Source: a virus (lineage: Duplodnaviria; Caudoviricetes). From it: DNA of 64,000 bases. A model generated the notes under the pieces. It was not told where the DNA came from, did not search any database, and saw only the letters and a list, made by a program, of their open reading frames with translations. The first letter of the stretch is position 1. Each line of letters opens with the position of its first letter. The stretch spans positions 54,072 to 118,071 of the IMG/VR virus record IMGVR_UViG_3300044709_000179; one strand, 5' to 3'. The position numbers and the translations under genes were made by a program. Shown one piece after another: positions 1-8,755 of the stretch.

Positions 1-371
1 TCGCGCGCCTTCTCGGCCTGCTTCAGCCGCTCTTTCGCCGTGGCGATGGCGTCTTCCCGGTTGAGGTGCGAACGCTCCGGGTAGTAGAGCTCGATGTTGC
101 CGCAGGCGAACAGGGACGCGACCGTGTTGGCTTGCGGCCGCAGCGTCTCGTCGATGGTGCCGCATTTCAGCGTGACCCAGCCGCAGGCGTCGGCGATCAG
201 ACGGGTAACACGGGCGGCGGTCGGCCGAGTCGTGGTGGTGAACGCGTCCTGTTCGTCGTTGGCGCCCGTCGTCGGGTTCGGCACCAGCGTGCGCGCCGTC
301 GTGTAGTCGGCTACCTCGGCCAGGGTGGGCGCCCAGTCGGGCAGGGTGGATGGCCCGGCGGGGATCGGCAT
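1..371 (-). CDS. Head-tail adaptor/connector-like protein (runs off the window edge)
   Basis: Manually read ORF from ATG at 371 (MPIPAGPSTLPDWAPTLAEVADY...FTTTTRPTAARVTRLIADAC), open to position 1. Its position in the morphogenesis operon fits an adaptor. Confidence 0.55.
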   Translation of the reverse strand, partial: MPIPAGPSTLPDWAPTLAEVADYTTARTLVPNPTTGANDEQDAFTTTTRPTAARVTRLIADACGWVTLKCGTIDETLRPQANTVASLFACGNIELYYPERSHLNREDAIATAKERLKQAEKAR

Positions 372-378
372 GCGGCAC

Positions 379-3300
379 CTACCTCGTGAACCAGTTGGTG
401 CCGTTGGAGTACACGGTCGTCTTCGCGTAGGCCGCATTCAGCACGAGGTTGGCCGCGCCGTCGATCGTCCCGGAGGCGGGCGTGACCGTGATCGTGTTCG
501 ACACCGAGCACGAGCCTGACTCGTCTTTGACCGTGAATTCCTGGCTGCTGGCCGACGACACCGACGGCAGGGTCGCCACCCGCGCGGCGGTGATCGACGT
601 GTACGCCACCGTCATGTCGGTCAGCAGGATGGTGTAGTTGGCGTCGGCGACGGTTGTCCGCTTGCGGGTCAGCCCCCCGCGCAACTGCAGCCGGTTGTCG
701 AACAGCACCCCGCCGACCGTGTCCGGCCCGACGACGAGGGTGGGCATCGGCACCCGCGGTCCGGGAATGATGGTCCGCACGACGGCGGTTCCGGACTGGG
801 TGAACGGGTTGGCGGACCCGGACGTCACCACGTTGATGGCGGTCAGGTACAGCGGCGACGGCGTGGTGCCGATGGCCACGATGTTGACCGGGAAGCCGGT
901 GGCGCCGTGGATGGACACGTTTTCCAGCGTCAGCGGCATCGAGTCGGTGTGCCGGATGGCGGTCCAGTCGGTGGCGTTGAACGCCTTGCATTCGACCGAC
1001 GCGATCCGAGTGGCCGGCCCGATGGTGCCGCCGTACGCACTTTCCCAGAACAGTGCGGCCCCGTCGCAACGGACCCCGTCGATGACGATCTCTTGGATGC
1101 CCGGCTTGATCCTTTTAAAAAAGATCAAGTTGGTGCCGGTGCCGCCGCCATGCCAGCCCGCATTGGCCCCGTTCATGGTGACCGTGCTGCCGCACTGGTC
1201 GGCGCTACACCCGTACATGTGCAGGTTGAGGACGTTGGCGGTGGTGCCGTTGCCGAGATGCCATGCGCTCTTCGCCACGGCGGTCACGTCGCACTGCAGC
1301 CACGACAGTTGGGCGATGTCGAGGTCGGCCGCCCCCGGATGGTCGGCACCGACAGAGAAGCCGTTGAGCAGCCAGCCGACCGAGCCGGGCTGGATCCGCA
1401 GCGGCGCGACCCCGTTGGAGACGGTGGCGGGCACGTTGTCGGCGAGGGTGGCCGAAGAGAACGAGACGGTGGCCCCGGCGGTGTGCACGGCTGCGGGATA
1501 GACGAGACCTCGCCCGCGTGACGTGCAGGTGAGCGTGGTGGTGGTGCCGCCACTGGAGACGAAGAACAACTCCCCGTCGATGTTGACGACGAACCCGCCG
1601 GACGGTGCGGTCGGCGACAGCGGGGCAACCAGCGGGATCGTCAGCGTCGAGGAGTTGATGTCACTGGCCAGGGTCGCCGTGTACTGCTGGACGGCGGTGA
1701 CCGTGGAGGCGAACAGGTCCAGTCCGGACAGTTGGATGGTGACGAGCCCGCCGACGTCGGCCGCGGAGAACTGCGCCGACTGCCACGGCGAGCCGCCCTG
1801 GTAGTCGGTCTGGCCGGTCTGCGCCGTGTAGATGGTCGGGGATCCGGCGGTGGTGACGCCGTCCCAGGCGCGCCGGAAGTTGATCGGCCCGTTGATGAAC
1901 ACCTTCTGGAACAGGCTGTGGTGCGCGCTTCCCGGCGACGACGTCGTGTAGTGCACGGCGTGCGTCACCTTCGCCGTACCCGACGCGGAGAACCGCATGT
2001 TGTCCATGCCGAACCGGTTGCAGGTTTCCACCCGCAGCAGTTCGGTGGCGGTCGCAGTGGTGGTGCGGATGTGCGCGCCGGTGCCCGCGCCGACGAACCG
2101 GATGTCTTGCTTGCCCTGCAGTAGCAGAATCCAGCCGGCGACATTGACGGTGCTGCACTGGTAGATGCCGACCGGAAAGTAGACGGTGGCACCGCCGGTG
2201 GCGGGGAGGCTCGCGAACAGCGCGTTCAACGCGGCACTGTCGTCGGTGGAGCCGTTGCCGACCGCGCCGTAGTCTTTGACGTTGAACCACAGATTCGCTT
2301 TGTCGGCCTTCAGGTTCAACGCCGTCTGCTGCGCGGTGCTGACCGGCTTCGCGGTGTCGGCCGTGTTGTCGACGTTGCCGAGGCCGAGGTTGGTCTTGGC
2401 GGTCGCCGCTGAGGCGAGATCCGACAGGTTCGACGCCTTCTGTGCGGCGCCGGTGATCCTGGTGTCGTTGCCCTGCGCGGCGGTCCCGCTGCTGGTGCCA
2501 TAGCTGACGACGAACGTCCGGTCGGCGGACAGGTCCCCGCCGCCGATCAGGCCGGTCCCGGCGGTGAGCAGGCGAGCGACCGACACCGCCCCCAGGTTGG
2601 TCCGGGCCGTGGTGGTGGATGCGAGGTCGGACAGGTTGTTGGCCTTCTGTGCCGCACCGGTCACCCGCGCGTCGTCGCCGGCCGCGACCGTCCCGGCGGT
2701 GGTGCCGACGTTGAGGGTCGCCGCGCCGCCGAGGCCGAGGTTGGTGCGCGCAGTGCTCGCGGAGGTCAGGTCGGCGAGGTTCTGGCTGCGGGTCGCCTTC
2801 GCGTCGAGGGCCGTCTGCTGGTCGGTGCTAACCGGCTTGTTCGCGTCACTGGTGTTGTCGACGCTGCCGAGTCCGACCATGGCCTTGGTGACACCGCCGA
2901 CGGTGCCAGTAAACGTCGGCCCGGCGATCGGCGCCTTCAGGTCGAGCGCAGCCTGCGCGGCAGTACTGACGGGCTTGTCAGCATCCGCAGTGTTCTCGGC
3001 GTTGGCGAGCCCGACGTCCGACTTGGTGACGACGACGGAGCCGGTGCGGCCCGCCACCGAGGTGACCGGCGCAGTTGGGTACGGCAGTTCCGTCCAGTTC
3101 GACAGTTGAGTCGGGTCGGCACCAGTGATGACCCAGCCGGTTGACAGGTCGTCGCGAATGACGAAGTCGGCCAACTGGCCATTCGTCGCGAGCATCGCCG
3201 CCTCGTCGGCTACGTGGCCGATGAAGTTGACGATGCTGATGGATGGAATCTGCGCTGCGGTGAGCTTGCCGTCCGGCCCCAGGGTGGCAACGCCGAGGGC

Positions 3301-4122
3301 TGCACCCTTCTGCCCCAAGGGGATTGTCTGGGTGGCGAGGGCGTCGACCTTCGCCTGCGCGCCCGCCGACGTCTCCAGCAGCGACGTGTCCGCGATGCCG
3401 TGCACGGCGGTCGTGTCGATGATGTGCGTGCCGAGCATGGCGGCGGCAGTTCCAGCCGGCTCCGATGCGGCGATGGCTGCGGCCTGCGCCGCCTCGGCCT
3501 TGCTTGTCGCGTCGGTAGCCGCGGCGGCGATAGCGGCCACCTGGGCGGCGTCGGCCTTCGCCTGTGCCCCGGACGTCGTCTCCAGGGCCGCGGTGTCGGC
3601 GATGCCGTGCACCGACGTCGTGTCGCCCTCGTGGGTGGCCAGTGCGGCCAGGGCGACTGCCTGCGCGTCGTCGGCCTTGGCCTGCGCTCCGGCTGGGGTT
3701 TCCACGCCAGCCACGTCGGCGGCGGCCAGCACGATGTCACCGGTGCGCCCGGCCACCGACTGGACCGCGCCACCGCCCCCTCCACCGGAGATCTCGACGG
3801 CGGTGACCCGTACGTCGAGGGCGTCGATCCGGTCGCCGGGGATCGCGTCGACCGGCCACGGCGCGACGATGCCGTCGGACAGCCACAGTCGCTTCGTGCC
3901 GTCGGTCGGGCCCCACCAGATCGGCAGGTAGCCGTAGCTGTCGGTGGGCACCTTCGAGTCGGCGATGACCGCCCCGGGGGCGCCGCCGCTGTCGGCCGCG
4001 ATGGTGGCGAGGATGGTGCCACCCGAGTTGCTGTAGACGGTATAGGTGCGGTTCGGAACCGGGTTGCCGGCTGAGTCGTCAGCGCGGCGGCTGCCGGATT
4101 CGGGGAAGGGGAGGCGGGCCAT
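379..4122 (-). CDS. Large fibre/spike-like protein with a pectate-lyase-3-like beta-helix (putative depolymerase or adhesin)
   Basis: 1247 aa. Fibre repeats (ETxAGAQAKAD, SVAGRTG, GLGNVDNTxDxxKPVSTAQQTAL, NLSDLASxxTARTNLG) precede the motif FNVKDYGAVGNGSTDDSAA and a beta-helix-like region. Confidence 0.8.
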   Translation of the reverse strand: MARLPFPESGSRRADDSAGNPVPNRTYTVYSNSGGTILATIAADSGGAPGAVIADSKVPTDSYGYLPIWWGPTDGTKRLWLSDGIVAPWPVDAIPGDRIDALDVRVTAVEISGGGGGGAVQSVAGRTGDIVLAAADVAGVETPAGAQAKADDAQAVALAALATHEGDTTSVHGIADTAALETTSGAQAKADAAQVAAIAAAATDATSKAEAAQAAAIAASEPAGTAAAMLGTHIIDTTAVHGIADTSLLETSAGAQAKVDALATQTIPLGQKGAALGVATLGPDGKLTAAQIPSISIVNFIGHVADEAAMLATNGQLADFVIRDDLSTGWVITGADPTQLSNWTELPYPTAPVTSVAGRTGSVVVTKSDVGLANAENTADADKPVSTAAQAALDLKAPIAGPTFTGTVGGVTKAMVGLGSVDNTSDANKPVSTDQQTALDAKATRSQNLADLTSASTARTNLGLGGAATLNVGTTAGTVAAGDDARVTGAAQKANNLSDLASTTTARTNLGAVSVARLLTAGTGLIGGGDLSADRTFVVSYGTSSGTAAQGNDTRITGAAQKASNLSDLASAATAKTNLGLGNVDNTADTAKPVSTAQQTALNLKADKANLWFNVKDYGAVGNGSTDDSAALNALFASLPATGGATVYFPVGIYQCSTVNVAGWILLLQGKQDIRFVGAGTGAHIRTTTATATELLRVETCNRFGMDNMRFSASGTAKVTHAVHYTTSSPGSAHHSLFQKVFINGPINFRRAWDGVTTAGSPTIYTAQTGQTDYQGGSPWQSAQFSAADVGGLVTIQLSGLDLFASTVTAVQQYTATLASDINSSTLTIPLVAPLSPTAPSGGFVVNIDGELFFVSSGGTTTTLTCTSRGRGLVYPAAVHTAGATVSFSSATLADNVPATVSNGVAPLRIQPGSVGWLLNGFSVGADHPGAADLDIAQLSWLQCDVTAVAKSAWHLGNGTTANVLNLHMYGCSADQCGSTVTMNGANAGWHGGGTGTNLIFFKRIKPGIQEIVIDGVRCDGAALFWESAYGGTIGPATRIASVECKAFNATDWTAIRHTDSMPLTLENVSIHGATGFPVNIVAIGTTPSPLYLTAINVVTSGSANPFTQSGTAVVRTIIPGPRVPMPTLVVGPDTVGGVLFDNRLQLRGGLTRKRTTVADANYTILLTDMTVAYTSITAARVATLPSVSSASSQEFTVKDESGSCSVSNTITVTPASGTIDGAANLVLNAAYAKTTVYSNGTNWFTR

Positions 4123-4163
4123 TTACACCGCCTTCAGCCGTTGAGTGTCGCGCCAAGACATGA

Positions 4164-6314
4164 TCAGAAGTAGGTAATAACTTGGCAATAGCCACCGCCA
4201 CCCGCGCCGCCGGCACCTGAGTTGCTGCCGTTGACTGAGGCGCCGCCACCGCCGCCGCCGCCGCCCCAGGAGCCACCCGCGCCGCCGGTTTGACCCACGC
4301 CGGAAGTCGACGAAGCACCGCCGCCGCCGCCACCACCTGGGAGGCTTCCGCCGGGCGTGGAGCCGGCTCCAGGGCTGGCGCCTCCTGCGACGCCTGCGGA
4401 TGCCGCCGCGGCGGCAACGCCGGACATGGCCCCGCCCGCGCCGCCGTTACTCGCCGTCTCCGACGCGGAGATGATGCCGCCACCCGAACCGCCGCCGGTC
4501 GCGCCGAAACCCGAGGAGCCCGCGTTGCCGACGGTGCCTGTCGTTGAGGCGCTTCCGCCACCCGAGCCTGTGATGTAGCCACCGCCGGCCGACCCGCCGG
4601 TGCCGGTCGCGTTGGTGCCTCCCGCGCCGCCGGACGAGGAGGAGGCGCGCACGTAGGAACCGAACGTAGTGGTTCCGCCGGCGCCGCCGTTGCCGCCGTT
4701 GGTGTCGTCAGCGGTCGCCGCCGCGCCGGCGGAACCACCCGAACCGATGGTGACAGTCACGGGGGAGGTGATCGCCGACGCGGCCAAGGTGACGCGGGTG
4801 ATGCCGCCGGCCGCGCCACCTCCGCCGCCGCATCGCACCGATGCGGCGGCGCCGCGACGTCCGCCACCCCCGCCGGAGCCGCCGGAGATGACGAGAATGT
4901 CGACGGAGACAGCACCGGTCGGCTTGGTCCACGTGCCGCTGCCACTGAAGGTCTGCACGTCGGGGGACCGTGCCGCCCATTTCATGCCATCGGTCTGGGT
5001 GGAGTCGGCGACGAGCGCGTAGCCGTCGGTGCCGATCGCCTTGCGCGCCACTGTGTCGGCAGCCGTGGCGACGATCAGGTCGCCTTTCGCATCCACCAGC
5101 GCCTGCGCCACAAACCGCGCGTCCAGACTGGACAGGGTGACCCGCCCAGAGGCGATCGTCCACACCCCGGCCCCGTTGGAGGTGAGGACCAGCGCCTCGT
5201 CCGTCAGGGTCAAGGTGACCGACGTGCCGGCCGCGTTGATGGTGTCGGTGCCGGCCCGCGCGATCGTCAGCGCGTTGGACCCGGAGGTGGCCAGCAGTTT
5301 GAATGCGACCTGCGCACCGGCCACGTTGGCGGCGGGCAGCGTCGCGGTGAACGAGCCGCCGGAGACGTCGCAACGCACCAGTTCCCACGCGGCTGCGGTG
5401 TACGTCCCCGTCTTGGTCGCGGTGACCGTCCACTTCGGCGTGACGTCGGCGGCGGTCAGTCCGTTCGGCCACGCGCTCGCACGGTCCAGCGGGTCCCGGT
5501 CGGTGACCGCGGTCGCCTTGAGCGCGGTCACCTGGGCGGTCCAGTAGGTGGCGAGGGCGTTCCAACTCGTGTCCGTGACCTGCGTGGTGTAGCACCAGCG
5601 GGCGCCGAGCGATGCGGCGTGCGCGATCGCGGCAGCCATGTTGCCGGACGACACCCCGTAGACGAGGTGCAGGTACTTCGACGGCGGGTGCAGGTGGTAC
5701 CAGTCTGCGGCATAGCCGGGCACCGTCGCGGCGAGGTAGGAGCCCGAGGTGAAGTCGCCCTCCCAGGTGCACACGATGTCGGCCGGCGCGACGTAGGCGT
5801 CGGCGAGCGGGTGCGTGCCCGGGTTGACGACCACCGTCCAGCCGGAGGCCTTGCGGCGGGCGTAGTCGCACAGCGCCTGGAAGTACGTGACCTTGTCGCC
5901 GTTGGCGCCGGTCGGGGAGATGTCGTAGAAGATGCCGTCGACCGTGTACAGCGACGCCCACAGGTCCACGTCGGCCTGGACGGTCGCCTGCGCACGGGTG
6001 CCCGGACCGGTGCCGCCGTCCATCGACACGTAGCCGAGAACGCGCGTGCCGGCCTTGCGGGCGTTGGCGATCGCGGTCACGTAGTCGCTGTTGGCAGACC
6101 CGCCGGGGCCGGTGGCCGGGTTGGCGATGACCATGCCCGACGGGTTGGCCGTCATCGTCACCCAGTCGCTGCCCGCGAAGCTCGGGTAGACGTACAGGGG
6201 CACAATGGGGCGCATCGCGACGCCGTTGACGGCCGTGGTGATGGCGGTCGCCTGAGCAGCAGCGACATCGGCGGCGCCGCCGCCGTCGCCCAGAAAGAGG
6301 TAGCCGTCGCTCAC
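4164..6314 (-). CDS. Spherulin-4/GH135-like hydrolase fused to a glycine-rich adhesin domain
   Basis: N-terminal motifs IVPLYVYP, IANPATGPG, VLGYV, VDGIFYD, VVNPGT and DIVCTWEG match spherulation-specific family 4. The C-terminus has QTFSGSGTWTKP followed by a Gly-rich domain. Confidence 0.75.
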   Translation of the reverse strand: MSDGYLFLGDGGGAADVAAAQATAITTAVNGVAMRPIVPLYVYPSFAGSDWVTMTANPSGMVIANPATGPGGSANSDYVTAIANARKAGTRVLGYVSMDGGTGPGTRAQATVQADVDLWASLYTVDGIFYDISPTGANGDKVTYFQALCDYARRKASGWTVVVNPGTHPLADAYVAPADIVCTWEGDFTSGSYLAATVPGYAADWYHLHPPSKYLHLVYGVSSGNMAAAIAHAASLGARWCYTTQVTDTSWNALATYWTAQVTALKATAVTDRDPLDRASAWPNGLTAADVTPKWTVTATKTGTYTAAAWELVRCDVSGGSFTATLPAANVAGAQVAFKLLATSGSNALTIARAGTDTINAAGTSVTLTLTDEALVLTSNGAGVWTIASGRVTLSSLDARFVAQALVDAKGDLIVATAADTVARKAIGTDGYALVADSTQTDGMKWAARSPDVQTFSGSGTWTKPTGAVSVDILVISGGSGGGGGRRGAAASVRCGGGGGAAGGITRVTLAASAITSPVTVTIGSGGSAGAAATADDTNGGNGGAGGTTTFGSYVRASSSSGGAGGTNATGTGGSAGGGYITGSGGGSASTTGTVGNAGSSGFGATGGGSGGGIISASETASNGGAGGAMSGVAAAAASAGVAGGASPGAGSTPGGSLPGGGGGGGASSTSGVGQTGGAGGSWGGGGGGGGASVNGSNSGAGGAGGGGYCQVITYF

Positions 6315-6595
6315 CAGACACTCACCGAAACCGTCGGAGTGCCGGCCGAGCGCAGCCGGACCTTCGCCACGCCGGACATCTTGATCGGGCCCTCGAAGCT
6401 CGCGAGCACGGCGGGGATGACGTCGTTGCCGTCCATGTTTCCGCTGACGGTACCGATGGCGACGTCCTTGGCGTTGAAGTAGACGGGCGCCGGGTTGTCG
6501 AGCACAGTTACGCGGTACCGGCTGTAGCCCTCCCCGAAGGTGAGGGTCGTCTGCGTGTCGGCGGACAACGTCACATGCTGCGGCGAAACGCCCAC
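6311..6595 (-). CDS. Small beta-rich virion-associated hypothetical protein
   Basis: 94 aa, coupled to the next gene within the structural operon, with an RBS. Confidence 0.6.
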   Translation of the reverse strand: MGVSPQHVTLSADTQTTLTFGEGYSRYRVTVLDNPAPVYFNAKDVAIGTVSGNMDGNDVIPAVLASFEGPIKMSGVAKVRLRSAGTPTVSVSVW

Positions 6596-6629
6596 GTCCT
6601 CACCTCACTTCCTGGTTGGGATGAGCGGA

Positions 6630-6986
6630 TCAGGTGGACTGGATGCCGGCGGCGCGCAGCGCGGCCAGTTCGGCGTTGAGCTTCGTGCGGGCCGCGGCGA
6701 GGTCCACCACGGTCGCAGCGACCGTCGAGCGCAGTGCGGTGATGTCGGTGACCAGCGCCGCCACCGTGGTCCGCAGCGCGGTCACGTCGGCCAGCAGCGC
6801 GTCGAATTCGTCGTCGGTCGGGGTGGCCCCAGCCGCCGTCACTGCGGTGAGCGCGGCCGGAGCCGACGCGGTGAGCGCCGATGGGGTGCTCGACGTGAGT
6901 GCGCCCTGGTCTGCGACAGCAGCGGCCGGGTTGACGCCAAGCGTCGGCTTGTCGCCATAGTAGGCGGCCCGTGGTGCTCCGGTCAT
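6630..6986 (-). CDS. Head fibre/decoration protein
   Basis: Start MTGAPRAAYYG. Coiled coil ending in TKLNAELAALRAAGI, a motif typical of head-fibre proteins; lies just downstream of the MCP. Confidence 0.6.
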   Translation of the reverse strand: MTGAPRAAYYGDKPTLGVNPAAAVADQGALTSSTPSALTASAPAALTAVTAAGATPTDDEFDALLADVTALRTTVAALVTDITALRSTVAATVVDLAAARTKLNAELAALRAAGIQST

Positions 6987-7234
6987 GGCTGGTTCCCCCT
7001 CTTGCCGCGCCGGGGCTGCCGGACGGTAGCGGTCGTCCTGGTAGATTCCGGCGGCACGGCCGGCTCCGTGAGTTGGAGCTCGACCGTGCCGACGGGTGGT
7101 TGCTTGACCTCGTTGAGGCCGTGGATTCGAGCCAGCAGCCGGTTCTGTTCGGCCAGCAGCGCGCACATCTCGTGCAGAAACTGCTGGTCATTGGTGACCG
7201 GCTGCGGCAGGTCGGTCATGTCAGGAGCCGTCAC
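6983..7234 (-). CDS. Small hypothetical protein after the MCP
   Basis: 83 aa ORF coupled to both neighbours. Confidence 0.55.
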   Translation of the reverse strand: MTAPDMTDLPQPVTNDQQFLHEMCALLAEQNRLLARIHGLNEVKQPPVGTVELQLTEPAVPPESTRTTATVRQPRRGKRGNQP

Positions 7235-8366
7235 CCTGTGAGCCGATGGTCATGCGGGGGTCGATTCGGCTCCCGCCAAATACGTGAACAACCTTCTTCT
7301 CCGCCGCGCTGTGGTTGAACGACCACGGCACCTCGCCGCCGCCGATGCGGCGCATGTCCGGCAACTTCTCGTACAGCGCCGGGGCCTCATAGCCGCGCAG
7401 GCGGCCGAACTCCAACGCCGGACGGGACTCGCCCGGGTTCGCGAATAGCCACCACGAGGTGTCCGCGTTCGCCGTGGTGGCGACGGTCGGGATGAAGTAG
7501 TTGACGTTCACCCGCAGGTTGGCGGCGACGCCGTTGCCCCGGATGATCGTCACGTCACCGTTGGCGCCGACCGCACGGTATTCGGTCGCGTTGACGATCT
7601 CGTTGGCGGCCAGCGCGAGGCCGGGGCCGACGACGAGCTCGACGCTCTTGACCTGGATCGGCATGCCTTTGTCGTCGACCCGCTTCGTCAGCACGGTGAT
7701 CGCCGCCTGCAGCGCGGCGCGGGTCAGCGCCGGGTTGCCGGTCAGGATGTTGAGGTTGCCGGACGTGTAGAAGCTCGCGTGCGGGCCGCTCGCGTCACAG
7801 AACAGTTCGGTGACAAAGAGTTCCTCGGAGTCGATCGCCGACTGGGCGAGGTCCTGCGGCAGCCGCATGAACGCGTCCAGGTCGTCGTTGATCATCGCCT
7901 CGAAGGACAGCCCGAAGCCGGCCTCGTACTTGTCGACCGCGTACTTGTACTCGGCCAAGCTCTGCGCGCGGCGCTTGTGCTCGTCGAGCTCCTGCACCTT
8001 CTCCAGCCGGCCACGGATGCCGGTCGTGGCGAACCGCTTCACCTCGCGGAAGTCGTTGACCGTCGCCGCGCGGGCGTAGTTGCGCCACGTCGGCTCCGTC
8101 GCCGTGTAGGCGCCGTACATCTGCCGGTCCAGGCTGTCGGCGAAGTACAGCGGGAAGTCGCTGCGGGTCATCGCCTCCTGGAAGTGGTGGATCGGGCGAC
8201 GCCCCCGCCGGATGTCATCCAGGAAGCGCTCGGCCTCGACGAGTAGTTCCGGCTTCAGATGCGGCCGGTTCAGCGCGACCGCCTGCCGGTCGCCGAACAG
8301 CACACCGTACGAGGCGGACTCGGCGTCGAGTTCCGCCACGGTGCGGGAGAACAGAGTGTTGGTCAT
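7221..8366 (-). CDS. Major capsid protein (HK97 fold, Mu gpT-like)
   Basis: 381 aa with the motif TRSDFPLYF...GAY...TW...ATVNDFR, a strong RBS, and a position after the scaffold and cement genes. Confidence 0.85.
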   Translation of the reverse strand: MTNTLFSRTVAELDAESASYGVLFGDRQAVALNRPHLKPELLVEAERFLDDIRRGRRPIHHFQEAMTRSDFPLYFADSLDRQMYGAYTATEPTWRNYARAATVNDFREVKRFATTGIRGRLEKVQELDEHKRRAQSLAEYKYAVDKYEAGFGLSFEAMINDDLDAFMRLPQDLAQSAIDSEELFVTELFCDASGPHASFYTSGNLNILTGNPALTRAALQAAITVLTKRVDDKGMPIQVKSVELVVGPGLALAANEIVNATEYRAVGANGDVTIIRGNGVAANLRVNVNYFIPTVATTANADTSWWLFANPGESRPALEFGRLRGYEAPALYEKLPDMRRIGGGEVPWSFNHSAAEKKVVHVFGGSRIDPRMTIGSQGDGS

Positions 8367-8379
8367 GTCGGTCGTCTCC

Positions 8380-8739
8380 TCAGCCGGCCAGGCGGACTTC
8401 GATGTTCGTGCCGGTGGCTCCCGACGCGACGGTGTCGACGGCGTGACCGATCAGGGTGCCGGTCGCCTTCTTGCTGACCGGCGGGGTGTCGGCGTCCGTG
8501 TAGTAGAGGGCGTCACCGGTCGCCACGGCGCTGTTGCCGGACCCGTCGATGCCCTTGACGGTGAGCGCGGCGCAGCCGTTGAACTTGACGGTCGTCTTGC
8601 CGGTGACCGTGTCCTCGTCGGTCAGCGCGACCCCGGCCTTGACGCCCCAGCGGACCGGCGAGCCGGAGGTGGGGGTCGTCGGGTGCGAGACGGTGACGGC
8701 GAGCTGGTCGCCGAGCTCGCGGGTGATGTTCGTTGCCAT
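8380..8739 (-). CDS. Capsid cement/decoration protein (DUF2190-like)
   Basis: 119 aa with the pattern SGSPV..G..GVALTD...GDALY...IGHAV; sits between the scaffold and the MCP. Confidence 0.75.
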   Translation of the reverse strand: MATNITRELGDQLAVTVSHPTTPTSGSPVRWGVKAGVALTDEDTVTGKTTVKFNGCAALTVKGIDGSGNSAVATGDALYYTDADTPPVSKKATGTLIGHAVDTVASGATGTNIEVRLAG

Positions 8740-8755
8740 GTCGATTTCCCCCTTC

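Noticed and set aside
2300-3760. DNA repeats as a DGR or mobile element
   Set aside because: They are degenerate protein-level fibre repeats; there is no reverse transcriptase or adenine-specific TR/VR pattern.
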